From NCBI RefSeq assembly GCF_006345805.1, contig NC_043001.1, forward strand, positions 98,456,001-98,520,000: a stretch of 64,000 nucleotides of DNA, read 5' to 3'. Every line of letters starts with the position of its first letter. Positions within the stretch are counted from its first letter, which is position 1. The notes beneath the pieces are model-generated. The model did no database searches. It was not told where the DNA came from and was given only the letters and a program-made list of their open reading frames with translations. A program made the position numbers and the translations under genes. Below, in pieces: positions 39,624-52,824 of this stretch. Source of the DNA: Octopus sinensis. Taxonomy: Eukaryota.

Positions 39624-40302
39624 TCATCATCATCACCACCACCACCATCATCATCATTAGCATCACCACCACCACCATCATCATCATTAGCATCATCATC
39701 ATCACCACCATCATCAGCAGCAGCATTATCTCCACCATCATCATCATCATCACCGGCATCAACATCATCTTCACCACCACCATCATCAGCATCACTGCCA
39801 TCATCATCATCATCACCGCCACCATCATCATCATCACCACTACCATCATCATCATCACCACCACCATCATCATCATCACCACCACCATCATCATCATCAC
39901 CACCATCATCATCATCATCATCAGCATCATCACCACCACTATCACCATCATCATCACCACCACCATCATCATCATCACCGCCATCATCATCATCACCACC
40001 ACCATCATCAGCATCATCACCACCACTATCACCACCATCATCACCACCATCATCATCATCACCACCACCATCATCATCATCACCACCATCATCATCATCA
40101 TCAGCATCATCATCATCATCACCGCCATCATCATCATCATCACCACCATCATCATCATCAGCATCACCACTATCACCATCATCATCACCACCACCACCAT
40201 CATCATCATCGCCATCATCATCATCATCACCACCACCACCATCAGCATCACCACCATCATCATCATCATCAGCATCATCACCACCACTATCATCATCATC
40301 AT
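39624..40302. repeat. ~680-bp degenerate (CAT/CAC)n triplet array
   Basis: Contiguous with the (GAT)n tail of a minus-strand family C copy at 40302-40520. Confidence 0.92.
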
Positions 40303-40574
40303 TTAGCACCCATTTTCCATGCTGGCATGAATCGGATAGTTTGACAGGAACTGGTAGGGGCCAGAGTCTGCACCAGACTCCATTATCTGTTCTGGCATGG
40401 TTGCCATGGTTGGATGCCCTTCCTAACACCAACCAGTTTACATAGTGTACTGGGTGCTTTCTATGTGACGTGGTATCAGTACTTTTAACATGGCACCAGC
40501 ATGACTGCTTTTTATGCAGCACAAGCTATTAGAGATAAAAGCAGTATTTATATTATTTACATTATTTACATTTT

Positions 40575-40966
40575 TTTCTTTTGTTTCAGTCATTTGACTG
40601 TGGCCATGCTGGAACACCGCCTTTAGTCGAGCAAATCGACCCCAGGATTTATTCTTTGTAAAGCCTAGTACTTATTCTATCAGTCTCTTTTACCGAACAG
40701 CTAAGTTACGGGGACGTAAACACACCAGCATCGGTTGTCAAGTGATGTTGGGGGGATAAACACAAACACACAAACACATGCATACATATATATACACATA
40801 TACGACAGGCTTCTTTCAGTTTTTGTCTACCATATCCACTCTCAAGGCTTTGATCGGCCCAAGGCTATAGTAGAAGACACTTGCCTAAGATACCACGCAG
40901 TGGGACTGAACCTGGAACCATGTGGTTCATAAACAAGCTACTTACCACACAGCCACTCCTACGCCT
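40575..40966 (-). mobile_element. Full-length SINE B
   Basis: Head, core and tail all present. Confidence 0.88.
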
Positions 40967-40967
40967 A

Positions 40968-41187
40968 TACATTATTTACCTTTGATGGATATTTGTCCTC
41001 ATCTTTGTTGTTAACGCAATGTTTCGGCTGATGTACCCTCCAGCCTTCATCATCAAATAATACCTTAGGAATGAGAACCCAGGTTCAAAATTTCCCCAAG
41101 ACACTTGATGAAGGCTGGAGGGTATATCAGCCAAAATGTGTTAACAACAAAGATGTGGTCAAATATCCGTCAAATGTAAATAATGTA
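40968..41187. repeat. Inverted repeat (~83-bp arms) carrying hammerhead-like motifs
   Basis: Arms 40968-41052 and 41106-41187. Motif TGATGA-AGGCTG...CAGCC-GAAAC. Confidence 0.8.
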
Positions 41188-41577
41188 CATAATTATTTGT
41201 ATCTTAAATATAGAACTGTAAAGAAGTATTTATACTGAGAAGTAACGTTTATCGCCACCTGAACATAGGTGTTCTATAAGAACAAACAATACTGCTATTT
41301 TAACTCCGGGAGGACATCACATCCATCTGGTTATTCAGTGTGCTTTGCAATTAATATATATACTGTAAGTGGGGTGAGAACTCCTGACTATTCTAGCTCA
41401 GAGACCATCGTATCATGTGATTCCTATCTTATTTGATCATCCTCAGTGATGGATACTCGCCTGCTAGACTAAGTGCACTGAATAACCAGCAAAGGAGGTA
41501 TCCTCCTCCTGGGGTTAAAATAGCAGCATTGTCTGTTCTTATAGAACACCCACATTTGGGTGACAATAAACATTACT

Positions 41578-41609
<32 letters not shown>

Positions 41610-41627
41610 ATTCTTTTATATTTTTAC

Positions 41628-41825
41628 TTCTTTCGGTCATTTGACTGTGGCCATGATGGAGCACCGCCTTTAGTTGAACAAATCAACTGCAGGACTTACA
41701 CTTTGTAAGTCTGGTACTTATTCTATCAGTCGTTTTTGCTGAACCACTAAGTTATGGGGATGTAAACACACCAACATTGGTTGTCAAGCGATGGTGTGGG
41801 GAGGACAAACACACACACACACACG

Positions 41826-41856
<31 letters not shown>

Positions 41857-42024
41857 GTATATACAATGGGCTTCTTTCAGTGTCCAGCTACCAAATCCAC
41901 TCACAAGGCTTTGGTCGGCCCAAGGCTACAGTAGAAGACACTTGTCCAAGGTGTCACACAGTGGGACTGAACCCAGAACCATGTGGTTGGGAAGCGAGCT
42001 TCTTACCACACAGCCACACCTGCA
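41628..42024 (-). mobile_element. SINE B
   Basis: As for other copies. Confidence 0.85.
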
Positions 42025-42270
42025 CCTAAGAAAGTATGCATTCCCATGCCAGGAATTGAACCCATTATATATCATGTGATAAGGCGACCACCCCACTGGC
42101 TAGGTGAGCAAGCCAAAACTCCCCACTGATCAAAAGGTGATTGGAGCAACATAAAATGAAACGTTTTGCTCAAGATCACAATGCACCACCTAGTCAGGGA
42201 CTCAAACCTACAATCTAGCGATCCTGAGTGTAACAACTCTAACCACTAGGCCACACACCTTTTACACATA

Positions 42271-42560
42271 TCATCATCATCATCATCATCGTTTAACATT
42301 CGCTTTCCATGCTAGCATGGGTTGCACGATTTGACTGAGGACTGGAGAACCAGATGGCTGCACCAGGCTCCAATCTGGTCTGGCAGAGTTTCTACAGCTG
42401 GGTGCCCTTCCTAACGCCAACCATTCCGAGAGTGTAGTGGCTGCTTTTACATGCCACCAGCACAAGGGCCAGTCAGGCGGTACTGGCAACGGCCAAGCTC
42501 AAATAGTACTTTATATGTGCATCCGAGCCAGTCCAGCGGCACTGGCAACGACCTCGCTCA
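42271..42560 (-). mobile_element. Family C (RTE 3' UTR-derived, GAT tail)
   Basis: CATCATC-GTTTAACATTCGCTTTCCATGCTAGCATGGG...GCCCTTCCTAACGCCAACC. Confidence 0.8.
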
Positions 42561-42623
42561 AAAATAAATAAACACCCACACACACACACAAATATGTGTG
42601 TATATATATATATATATTATATA

Positions 42624-42670
<47 letters not shown>

Positions 42671-42713
42671 TATATATATATATATTATATATTATATATA
42701 TATATATTGGTGA

Positions 42714-43120
42714 GGCGCAGGAGTGGCTGTGTGGTAAGTAGCTTGTTTACCAACCACTTGGTTCTGGGTTCAGTCCCACTGCATGGCACCTTGGGCAGGT
42801 GTCTTCTACTATAGCCTCAGGCCGACCAATGCCTTGTGAGTGGATTTGGTAGACGGAAACTGAAAGGAGCCCGTCGTATATATGTGTATACATATATATG
42901 CATGTGTGTGTGTTTGTGTGTCTGTGTTTGTCCCCCTAGCATTGCTTGACAACCGATGCTGGTGTGTTTATGTCCACGTTACTTAGCAGTTCGGCAAAAG
43001 AGACCAATAGAATAAGTACTGGGCTTACAAAAGAATAAGTCCCAGGGTCGAGTTGCTCGATTAAAGGTGGTGCTCCAGCATGGCCGCAGTCAAATGACTG
43101 AAACAAGTAAGAGTAAAAGA
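42714..43120 (+). mobile_element. Full-length SINE B
   Basis: Near consensus. Confidence 0.9.
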
Positions 43121-43140
43121 TATATATATATATACATACA

Positions 43141-43330
43141 CAGGGTGATTCAAAAGTCGCCATACATAAGAACAATGTATGTTTTTATAAGAAACAGTTT
43201 ATAAGAACAGTTTCTTTTTTTATTTAACAGGCTCTATATGGTTACCATTATTTTGAATACACATTACAATACTTTTACCCCCACTCATTGTGAACTCGTA
43301 ACAGCACATCTGGTGATACGTGTGCAAATG
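43141..43330 (-). mobile_element. Tc1/mariner 3' terminal fragment
   Basis: Terminus CAGGGTGATTCAAAAGTC. The minus strand reads CIQNNGNHIE, a typical transposase C-terminus. Confidence 0.55.
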
Positions 43331-43508
43331 AGTTGGTGATGCCAAACTTCTTACCGCACAGCTATGTCTGTATCTGATTCCCATATATATGTGTATACAA
43401 TGTAAGGAAATAAATCCAAAACAAGGGTCAAATTTGGAAGGTCATGGGGGAGCAGAATTATACCCAAGTATATTAAAAAAGGAGAAGGAAAAGTATATTA
43501 ATGTGTAC

Positions 43509-43880
43509 TCTTTTACTTGTTTCAGTCATTTGACTGTGACCATGCCTTTAGTTGAGCAAATCAACCCCAGGACTTATTTGTTGTGAGCCTATTGGTCTCT
43601 TTTGCCAAACCACTAAGTTACGGGACGTAAACACACCACCATCAGTTGTCAAGCAATGGTGGGGGAGACAAACACAGACACACAAACATGTACACACACA
43701 TACATATACATATACACAACGGGCTTCCTTCAGTTTCCGTCTACCAAATCCACTCACAAGGCTTTGGTTGGCCCGAGGCTATAGTAGAAGACACTTGCCC
43801 AAGGTGCCACGCAGTGGGAATGAACCCAAAAACATGTGGTTGGTAAGCAAGCTACTTACCATACAGCCACTCCTGTGCCT
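43509..43880 (-). mobile_element. Full-length SINE B
   Basis: As for other copies. Confidence 0.88.
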
Positions 43881-44384
43881 ATTAAAATATAATTTTTAGG
43901 TAAAAAAAGATTGGGATGGGAATCATATTATGTTTGAGATCACATTGTATGGGAATAAATATCATATATTTGTCAATTTTAAAATTACTTTGTTATAGTT
44001 TACAGTAATCAGATGGTGACCGTTTTGGACACCATTTCATTCTTTACACTCTGCGTGGGGTTTCTGCATGGAACAGGTGTGGCTGTGCAGTAGGAAGTTT
44101 GCTTCCAAACCTCATTGTTCAGGGTTCACTCCCCTACTACAGCCTCAGGCCAACCAAAGCCTTGTAGAAATACGGTAACAAAAGGGTTAAGCAAACAACA
44201 ACAACTACCAACATCAACATTTTAATGCTTGCTTTTCCATGCTTGCATGGGTTAGAAAGAATTTGTTAAGGCAGATACCCTTTCTGTGACAAATGCTTAT
44301 CTGTTTCCAAGAAAGATAATATTTCTGACATGTTTGCATGAAAGATTGGAAATGATAATCATTGCTTATGTCATGGTTGTTTGT

Positions 44385-44682
44385 TCCTTTTCTAGCCATG
44401 CCTGGCTTATTAGGGTCGGTTTCCTGATTTCCTTGGCATATAGGTTCCCAACCTGGACATGACGCCGGTCCGTTGCAGGTGAGTTGCAAGATGCAGGAGG
44501 AAAAAGTGAGAGAAAGTTGTGGTGAAAGAGTCAGCAGAAGTTTGCCATTACCTTCTGCCAGAGCCGCGTGGAGCTTTGGTGTTTCACTCATAAACACACA
44601 CACATCGCCCGGTCTGGGATTCGAACCTGCGATCCCCCGACCGTGAGTCTGCTGCTGTAACCACTAGGCCATATGCCTCCAT
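44385..44682 (-). mobile_element. SINE D
   Basis: Homologous to 10640-10951. Confidence 0.82.
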
Positions 44683-44947
44683 CTTATGTGATGGTAACAC
44701 TCATTTATAACTTCCTCATAATGTGTCAAAACAACAACACACACACATATATAAACGTAATGGGCTTCTTTCAGTTAGTTTCCATCCCCCAAATGGACTC
44801 ACTAGTTTTTAGTTGTTGCAAAGATACGGTAGAAGACACCTGTCCAAGTGCCACATAGTGGAACTGAACTGGAAACCATGTGATTAGAAAGCAAGCTTCT
44901 TAACCACACAGCTATGCCTTCAAAATTTTACAACACTGACTTGAACA

Positions 44948-45612
44948 AGTTGCGTGAGAAGACCCGGCAAGCCAAATGAGACCATAATCTCGTGGCCTAT
45001 GCCAGGGGCATTACCAGCCTACTTATGCGTACCTTTCCTTCTTTGGACACTAAAACTCTGCTTGCAAAGAGCTGTTGAGGTAAGTGAAATCAAAAATCAA
45101 AATCAAATTCGATGACTGGCGTCCGTGCTAGCAGGGTACAAAGAGCACCATACGAGCATGATCATTGACAGAGCGGCTAACAGGCTTCCGTGCCAGTGGC
45201 ACTTAAAAGGCAACATTCAAGCAGGATCGTTACCAGCGTCATACTACTGGCACTTGAGCCCCGTGCTAGTAGGGTATTAAGAGCACCATCCAGAACGGCT
45301 ACCTGGCCTCCGTGCCGGTGGCATGTAAAAAACACCATTCGAGCGTGATCGTTACCAGCATCGCCTTACTGGCACCTGCGCCAGTGGCATGTGTAAAAGA
45401 TTCAAGCGAGGTCATTGCCAGTACCACCTGACTGGCCCCGTGCCGGTGGCACGTAAAAGCACCCACTACACTCTCGGAGTGGTTGGCGTTAGGAAGGGCA
45501 TCCAGCTGTAGAAACTCTGCCAGATCAAGATTGAAGCCTGGTGCAGCCATCTGGTTCACCAGCCCTCAGTCATACATCCAACCCATGCTAGCATGGAAAG
45601 CGGACGTTAAAC

Positions 45613-45655
<43 letters not shown>
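44948..45655 (+). mobile_element. RTE LINE 3' end: ORF terminus, 3' UTR with internal tandem repeats, (GAT)n tail
   Basis: REKTRQAK*, then repeated GTGCCGGTGGCACGTAAAAAGCACC-like units, the family C body and (GAT)n. Confidence 0.7.
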
Positions 45656-45879
45656 TTCTGCAATTTTTGTACAAACTACAGAATGAGAAAGTTTCCAAAA
45701 GTGGAATATTAATGGAATTCAATATATTGAGTGTTGGGGGGGGGGGCTTCAAAGGTGCCAACTCACTGGGGTACGTGTAAGAACTTCTACTTTTGTGTAA
45801 AGCATAGAGAGCAAGTGAACTTGGCAAACAATGATACATCCTGCCAAATGGATAGAGGAATATTTCAACTCAGTGTGTG

Positions 45880-46262
45880 TTGGCACTCTGTCGGTTACGA
45901 CAACAAGAGTTCCAGGTGATCCGATCAATGGAACAGCCTGCTCATGAAATTAACGTGCAAGTGGCTGAGCACTCCACAAACATGTGTACCTTTAATGCAG
46001 TTCTCGGGGAGATTCAGCATGACACAGAGTGTGACAAAGCTGGCCCTTTGAAATACAGGTACACAAGAACAGAAAGAAAGAGTGAGAGAAAGTTGTGGTG
46101 AAAGAGTACAGCAGGGTTCACCACCACTCCCTGCCGGAGCCTTGTAGACCTTTAGGCGTTTTTGCTCAATAAACACTCACAATGCCCGATCTGGGAATCG
46201 AAACCGCGATCCCAAGACTGCAAGTTCGCTGCCTTAACCACTGGGCCATTATACCTCCACAA
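45880..46262 (-). mobile_element. SINE D head adjoining a SINE E tail
   Basis: 46065-46262 matches family D, and 45880-46065 is the reverse of 16510-16690. Confidence 0.7.
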
Positions 46263-46855
46263 CTCAGTGCAGCAAGCTAATCCATCACAAGGTCCAGTCC
46301 AAGCTGCAGTGTGACATCTTCTGTGTTGTGACAGCTTGTGTGCCTTGATGACCCTGAGAGCAATGCCAGTGGAGTGCAAGCTCCTGGTAGGCCTCCTATG
46401 CTGGACAGGTCAACAGATAAAGGCCAGAATAATATGGACCATCTCCACCTGGAAATCATCATCATCATCATCATTTAACGTCCGCTTTCCATGCTAGCAT
46501 GGGTTGGACAATTTGACTGAGGTCCGGCGAACCAGACTCCAATCTGATCTTGCAGAATTTCTACAGCTGGATGCCCTTCCTAATACCAAACACTCCGAGA
46601 ATGTAGTATATCCGAGTGTAGTTAAAGAATATAAAAGACGATTTACCTCATTATTGCTTTTGTGAAATACTTCAACAGCCAAGAGTTTCAGGGGGCCACA
46701 GTAAACCCCAGATTTCGCTGTGAGAAACCTTTGTAGTGCATGATATGTCTTACCACTGTTTGTGGGACCAGCATGAAATATAATTTTACGCTGAATAGCT
46801 CTTGCCTCTGGGTACCTTCACCATTGAAATGAGAAACAAAGATAAGGGATTAATC

Positions 46856-46886
<31 letters not shown>

Positions 46887-47519
46887 TTTTGAAAAAAAAA
46901 AAAAATATATATATATATATACTGTTGTGTCTGGGGAGAGTCATTTTCTTTTTGTGCCTTATAATATAACACACTGATTGGTAAAATTTCCACTTTTTTC
47001 TTATCTTTTTTTTTCTTAAAATTTTCAATAGTTTTATTTTCAATAGTTTTATTTTAGAAAAAAAAAAGAAAAGAAAAAAGTGGAAATTTTACTGGTGAGT
47101 GTGTTATATTATAAGGCACAAAAAGAAAATGACTCTCCCCAGACACAACAGAATATGCTTCAACACACAAACTCATATAAAGAATCTTGCAAACCAAATC
47201 CCAAAACGAAATATATATATATATATATATATATATGGGTTTGACAGTTTGACAGGAGCTGGCCAGGAGAGGCCTGCACCAACTTTTGTGTCTGTTTTGG
47301 CAGGCTTTTTACAGTTGGATGCCCTTCCTGATACCAACCACCAAGCAGAATGGACTGAGTGCTTTGTATGTGGCACAAGCACAGGCAAAGTCAGTTTTGG
47401 CAAGGTTTTTACAGCTGGATGCCCTTCCAAATGCCAACCATTTTACAGTGTGGACTGGATACTTTTTATATGGCACCAGATATATATATATATATATATC
47501 TTTAGAGAAATTTTACCTC

Positions 47520-48200
47520 TGTAGACAACCAAAGGTCTCTCTCTCTCTCCGAGTTAAGAGAAGATGGTATGGTGCATATATACAAACTGCAATGCTGCAT
47601 GGCAGTGAGAAATGGGCTCTGAATGCAGTGGACATGCATTGGCTAGAGAGGAATGAAACCGGTATGGCCTGCTGGATGTGCAATGTCAGTCTGCGTGTGT
47701 GACAGAGCACTGGTGTATTGAGAAAGAAGTTGGGCATAAAAAAAATTCTATGCAGTGTGCAAGAGAGAAGACACCACAGGTTTGCTCAGGTGATGTGGAT
47801 GGATGAGGAAAGTTGCATAAAGAAGTGATGATCAGTTAAAGTGGAGGAGGGTTGCAGCGATGGAAGACCCAGGAAGGCATAGGACGAAGTACTGATGGGT
47901 GATCTCAAAACACGGAGCCCTATAAAGATGACAGATGACTGAGAAATGTGGTGTAATGCTGTACCCAAGAAGACTAACCCTCCACAATAGAATTGAGATC
48001 CTAAAACCAAGGTTCATGTAAAAAGCACTAGTGTGAGTCTTGGGGCCACATAAAAAGCACCCAGTACACTTTGTAAAGTGGTTGATGCTAGGAGGGTCAT
48101 CTAGCCATAGAAACCTTGCCAAAACAGACTATGACACCTGGTTTGGTCCCTAGCTTTGCCAGTTCCTATCAAGCCATCCAACACATTCCAGCATGGAAAA
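47520..48200 (+). mobile_element. Decayed RTE LINE 3' end
   Basis: RVKRRWYGAYIQTAMLHGSEKWAL...LERNETGMACWMCNV...GRPRK, running into a family C-type 3' UTR. Confidence 0.8.
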
Positions 48201-49014
48201 CAGATACGTAGTAGGTAATCATACCCCCATACCTACAGTTTATATTTATATACAGGTAGAATAGTTAGTGGACTGTTATGTAGATGTGTGTGTGTGTGTA
48301 TATGTATACGTATATGCACATGTATGTAGGCAAATGGATATGAATGTAAACAGATAGACATACAGACAGATAGACAAGCTGATAGACATACAGACAATGG
48401 TTCATCACACAAATCTATTTTATCCAATGTAAACATACCAGTTGGCTGGTAGCCTGAGATCACTGATTTTTTTCAGATCGTCCATGCAAACAAGATGCGG
48501 GAACACTTCTCGAGCATGTTGCAGGAAATATGGGAAGATATCGTTAACGTGACCTGAAATTAAGAAACACACAATGAACTGATATTAATTAGAATAATAA
48601 AAAAAAAGCCTACAATGATATCAATAGTCATAATGCCAATAATAAACCTCAATGTCAAACAGTAGCAGCAGATTTTCTATGGCCAGATGCCCTTCCTGTT
48701 GCTAATCCTCACCCATTTCCTAACAAGGTAATGTTTCACCATAGCTAGACATGCTTTCACAGATGATCACAAATGGAGCATGGTGACAGTCATTTATAAC
48801 TATCATAAAATGTCAAGACAGAGAAAACCCCACCACACACACCATGTACAAAATCTAATTATTAGTCTTTGGGTCCGGAGCCATATCCAAGATGCCACAC
48901 CATGCAACTGAATCCAAAACCATATGGTTGGGAGAGCAAATTTCTTTATCTCAGAACTATAATGATATGCTAATTATGCTATGGCTTATGCCATAGCATA
49001 ATTAATCACCATAG

Positions 49015-49400
49015 AACTCCGTGCTGGTGGCACGTAAAAAGCACCATCCGATCGTGGCCGTTGCCAGCCTCGTCTGGCTTCTGTGCCGGTGGCATGTAAA
49101 AAGCACCATCCAATCGTGGCCGCTGCCAGCCTCACCTGGCCTCCATGCCGGTGGCACGTAAAAAGCACCATCCGATCATGGCCATTTGCCAGCCTCATCT
49201 GGCACATGTGCCAGTGGCACGTAAAAAGCACCCATTACACACACGGAGTGGTTGGCATTAGGAAGGGCATCCAGCTGTAGAAACACTGCCAGATCAGACT
49301 GGAGTCTGGTGCAGCCTTCTGGCTTTCCAGACCCCAGTTGAACCGTCCAACCCATGCTAGCATGGAAAGCGGACGCTAAACGATGATGATGATGATGATG
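49015..49400 (+). mobile_element. Family C copy with four ~61-bp internal repeats
   Basis: Units start near 49019, 49081, 49142 and 49205, and there is a (GAT)n tail. Confidence 0.82.
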
Positions 49401-49689
49401 ATTAACACTCATAACAACATCAATGACCATTATGATATTGTTGTTGTTGGCATCCTTTCGTCTCGGGAGACAATGGAATTGCACATAAAATTAGTTTTGC
49501 GCAGGCCTGGGCTAGACGTAAGAAAATTAATAAGATACCTGCGCCATGAATGATGTCATTCATAATGATGTAAAGGTCTGCATTCAAGTTTTGAAGCACC
49601 GAACAAAACTGTCGGAAACTGATGTAAGCTTCATGGAAAAGTTTTCCTAAAATGAGAAAGATTAAAATGAAAAATCAATATTTTTTATT

Positions 49690-50108
49690 ATTCTCTCTTT
49701 TACTCTTTTACTTGTTTCAGTCATTTGACTGCGGCCATGCTGGAGCACCGCCTTTAGTCGAGCAAATCGACCCCGGGACTTATTCTTTGTAAGCCCAGTA
49801 CTTATTCTATCGGTCTCTTTTGCCGAACCGCTAAGTGACGGGGACGTAAACACACCAGCATCGGTTGTCAAGCAATGCTAGGGGGACAAACACAGACATA
49901 CAACACGTACACACACACACATATATATATATACATACATATATACGACGGGCTTCTTTCAGTTTCCGTCTACCAAATCCACTCACAAGGCATTGGTCGG
50001 CCCGGGGCTATAGCAGAAGACACTTGCCCAAGATGCCACACAGTGGGACTGAACCCGGAACCATGTGGTTGGTTAGCAAGCTACTTACCACACAGCCACT
50101 CCTGCGCC
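49690..50108 (-). mobile_element. Full-length, young SINE B
   Basis: Closest to consensus in the window. Confidence 0.92.
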
Positions 50109-50227
50109 TATTATTATTTTTGTTTTGCAAGGTTCTTATTGTATGTGAAAGCAAATTGATAAATCATGTTTTTGTGTTTTGGCAGGTTCATGCCATCAAT
50201 AGAAAACTTTTTATTTACCTAGGTATA

Positions 50228-50682
50228 AGAGTGGCTGTGTGGTAAGTAGCTTGCTTACGAACTACACAGTTTCAGGTTCAGTCCCACTGTGTGGCACCTT
50301 AGGCAAGTGTCTTCTACTATAGCCTTGGGCAGACCAAAGCCTCATGAGTGGATTTGGTAGATGGAAACTGAAAGAAGCCCGTTGTACATATGTATGTATG
50401 TATGTATATATATATATATATGTATATATATATCATCATCATCATTTAACACCTGTATTCCATGCTAGCATGGGTTGGACGGTTCGACCGGGGTCTGGTA
50501 AGCCATGGAGGCTGCATCAGGCTCCAGTCTGGTTTGGCAGTGTTTCTACAACTGGATGCCTTTCCGTAGAAACACTGCCAAACCAGACTGGAGCAGACTC
50601 CATGGCTTACCAGACCCCGGTCGAATCGTCCAACCCATGCTAGCATGGAAAAACGGACGTTAAATGATGATGATGACGATGA

Positions 50683-50730
<48 letters not shown>

Positions 50731-50948
50731 ATATGTTTGTGTATCTGTGCTTGTCCCCCCAACATCGCTCAACGACTGATGTTGGTGTGTTTAACGTCCC
50801 CCGTAACTTAGCAGTTCGGCAAAAGAGACCGATAGAATAAGTAGATAAGTACTAGGCTTATAAAGAATAAGTCCTGGGGTCGATTTGCTCGACTAAAGGT
50901 GGTGCTCCAGCATGGCCACGATCAAATGACTGAAACAAGTAAAAGAGT
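50228..50948 (+). mobile_element. SINE B with a family C palindrome nested in its microsatellite
   Basis: Head 50228-50385, insert 50432-50686, tail 50735-50948. Confidence 0.85.
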
Positions 50949-50973
50949 AATCAATTAAATAATTAAACAATTA

Positions 50974-52140
50974 TTAGATTGTCTCACATGAAATGTCATA
51001 TTTTAAATGGATTTTTAATGAGTTTCTATGTATATGCTTAACTCTTTTCCTTTCTAGGCAATACTATTATTCAGAATTGCAACCCACAGCTCTTATGACA
51101 ATGTTGATAACTGAACAATACAGAGTGATTTTCTTGTACGACAAGTTGGGTCACTCTGCCACTGAAGCTCTACAAAACATCAAGTGGGCTTTTGGCAATG
51201 ATTCTTATTTCTTTACTGCCCACAAGGGGCTACACACAGAGGGGACAAACAAGGACAGACAAACGGATTAAGTCGATTACATCGGCCCCAGTGCATAACT
51301 GGTACTTATTTAATCGACCCCAAAAGGATGAAAGGCAAAGTCAACCTTGGCAGAATTTGAACTCAGAACGTAGCAGCAGACGAAATACCTATTTCTTTAT
51401 TACCCACAAGGGGCTAAACACAGAGAGGACAAACAAGGACAGACAAACGGATTAAGTCGATTACATCAATCCCAGTGCGTAACTGGTACTTATTAATCGA
51501 CCCCGAAAGGATGAAAGGCAAAGTCAACCTAGACGGAATTTGAACTAAGAACTTAGCAGCAGACGAAATACCGCTAAAAATTTCACCCGGCGTGCTAACG
51601 TTTCTGCCAGCTTGCCGCCTTCTTTTGGCAATGATTCTGTTGACATTAGAACTGTTCGGAGATGGTTCCAAAGATTTTGTTCAGGAAATGAAAGCCTTAA
51701 AAATGAACCAAGAGGGAGAACGATATCTGAGAACAACTGTCCGAGAAATTGGATCAGAGCTCCAGACATCATCTACAACTGCTTTTTGACACTCGAAGAA
51801 AATTGGAAAAGTCAAAAAGATGGATAGGTTTGTTCCCCATCAACTTAATGAGATTCAAAGAAACAGACGCCTTACAGTGTGTTCCATGTTGATTTTTCAT
51901 TTGGAAAGGGAGCCATTTTTGTATCGACTCATTACATGTGATGAGAAATGGATACTCTTTGATAACAGCAGGAGAACAAGACAGTGGTTAGATGCAGGAA
52001 AGTCACCAAAACACTACCCAAAACCACCATTGCACCCTTAAAAAGTTGATGGTCACTGTATAATGGTCAACAAAGGGGGTTATTTATTATTCATTTTTGC
52101 AACAGGAGGCTTTTTCATTATACATTTTTGCAACAAGGAA
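50974..52140 (+). mobile_element. Decayed, 3'-truncated mariner transposon interrupted by a SINE A dimer
   Basis: TA-TTAGATTGTC start. EQYRVIFLY...AFGNDSVDIRTVRRWFQRF...FVPHQL...LITCDEKWILFDN. Confidence 0.85.
51206..51621 (-). mobile_element. SINE A dimer with 17-bp TSD
   Basis: CTTTTGGCAATGATTCT at 51189-51205 and 51622-51638. Internal junction at 51389/51390. Confidence 0.92.
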
Positions 52141-52785
52141 AAACTGTAACTTCTCCCCACTACCAGCCGATACAGTTTGGCACCAGTGACATTGGAACTC
52201 ATTTTTGCCAGCTGAGTGAACTGGAGCAACGTGAAATAAAGTATCTTCCTCAAAAATACAACACACAGCTTAGTCTGGGAATTGAACTCACTACCCCAAG
52301 AATGTGAGCCCAATGCGCTAAACACTGAGCCTTGTGCCTTCACAGGCGCATGGTTCAGAGACACTGGCTGACAACATAAAAGGGTTTGCAGCATTGCAAT
52401 GAATTTAGAACATGCAAAATCTCTGAGTAATTCCTGCAGCTTCAGTGTGGGGGCGAAGCATCTCTGATATTTATTTCATCAACAAAATGTAATTAAAAAG
52501 AAGACAAATACTTACTGTCTAATCCATTCTCAGCAGCAAGAGCTCGGATATCAGGCTTCTGATAAAATGTATTTAATAATTGCAATCAGTTGGCTGAAAA
52601 TAAAAGACGGAAAAAATGTTAAGAAGTAACTCAAAACACAACTAAATATCACAGCCGGTGGCACGTAAAAAGCACCAACTGTACGTGGCCATTGCCAGCC
52701 TACCCTGGCACCTAAAAAGCACCATCCGTACGTGGCCAATTCCAGTGCCTCTTTGACTGTATATATATATATATGTGTGTGTGTA

Positions 52786-52824
<39 letters not shown>

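Noticed and set aside
39500-40522. 340-aa Asp/Gly-rich ORF and 246-aa Met/Val ORF
   Set aside because: Read-through of a triplet array that is the expanded tail of a family C retroelement. No splice or domain context.
45120-45460. CRISPR-like repeat/spacer appearance (also 49019-49230)
   Set aside because: The spacers are homologous to each other, the array is internal to a LINE 3' UTR, the context is eukaryotic and there are no cas genes.
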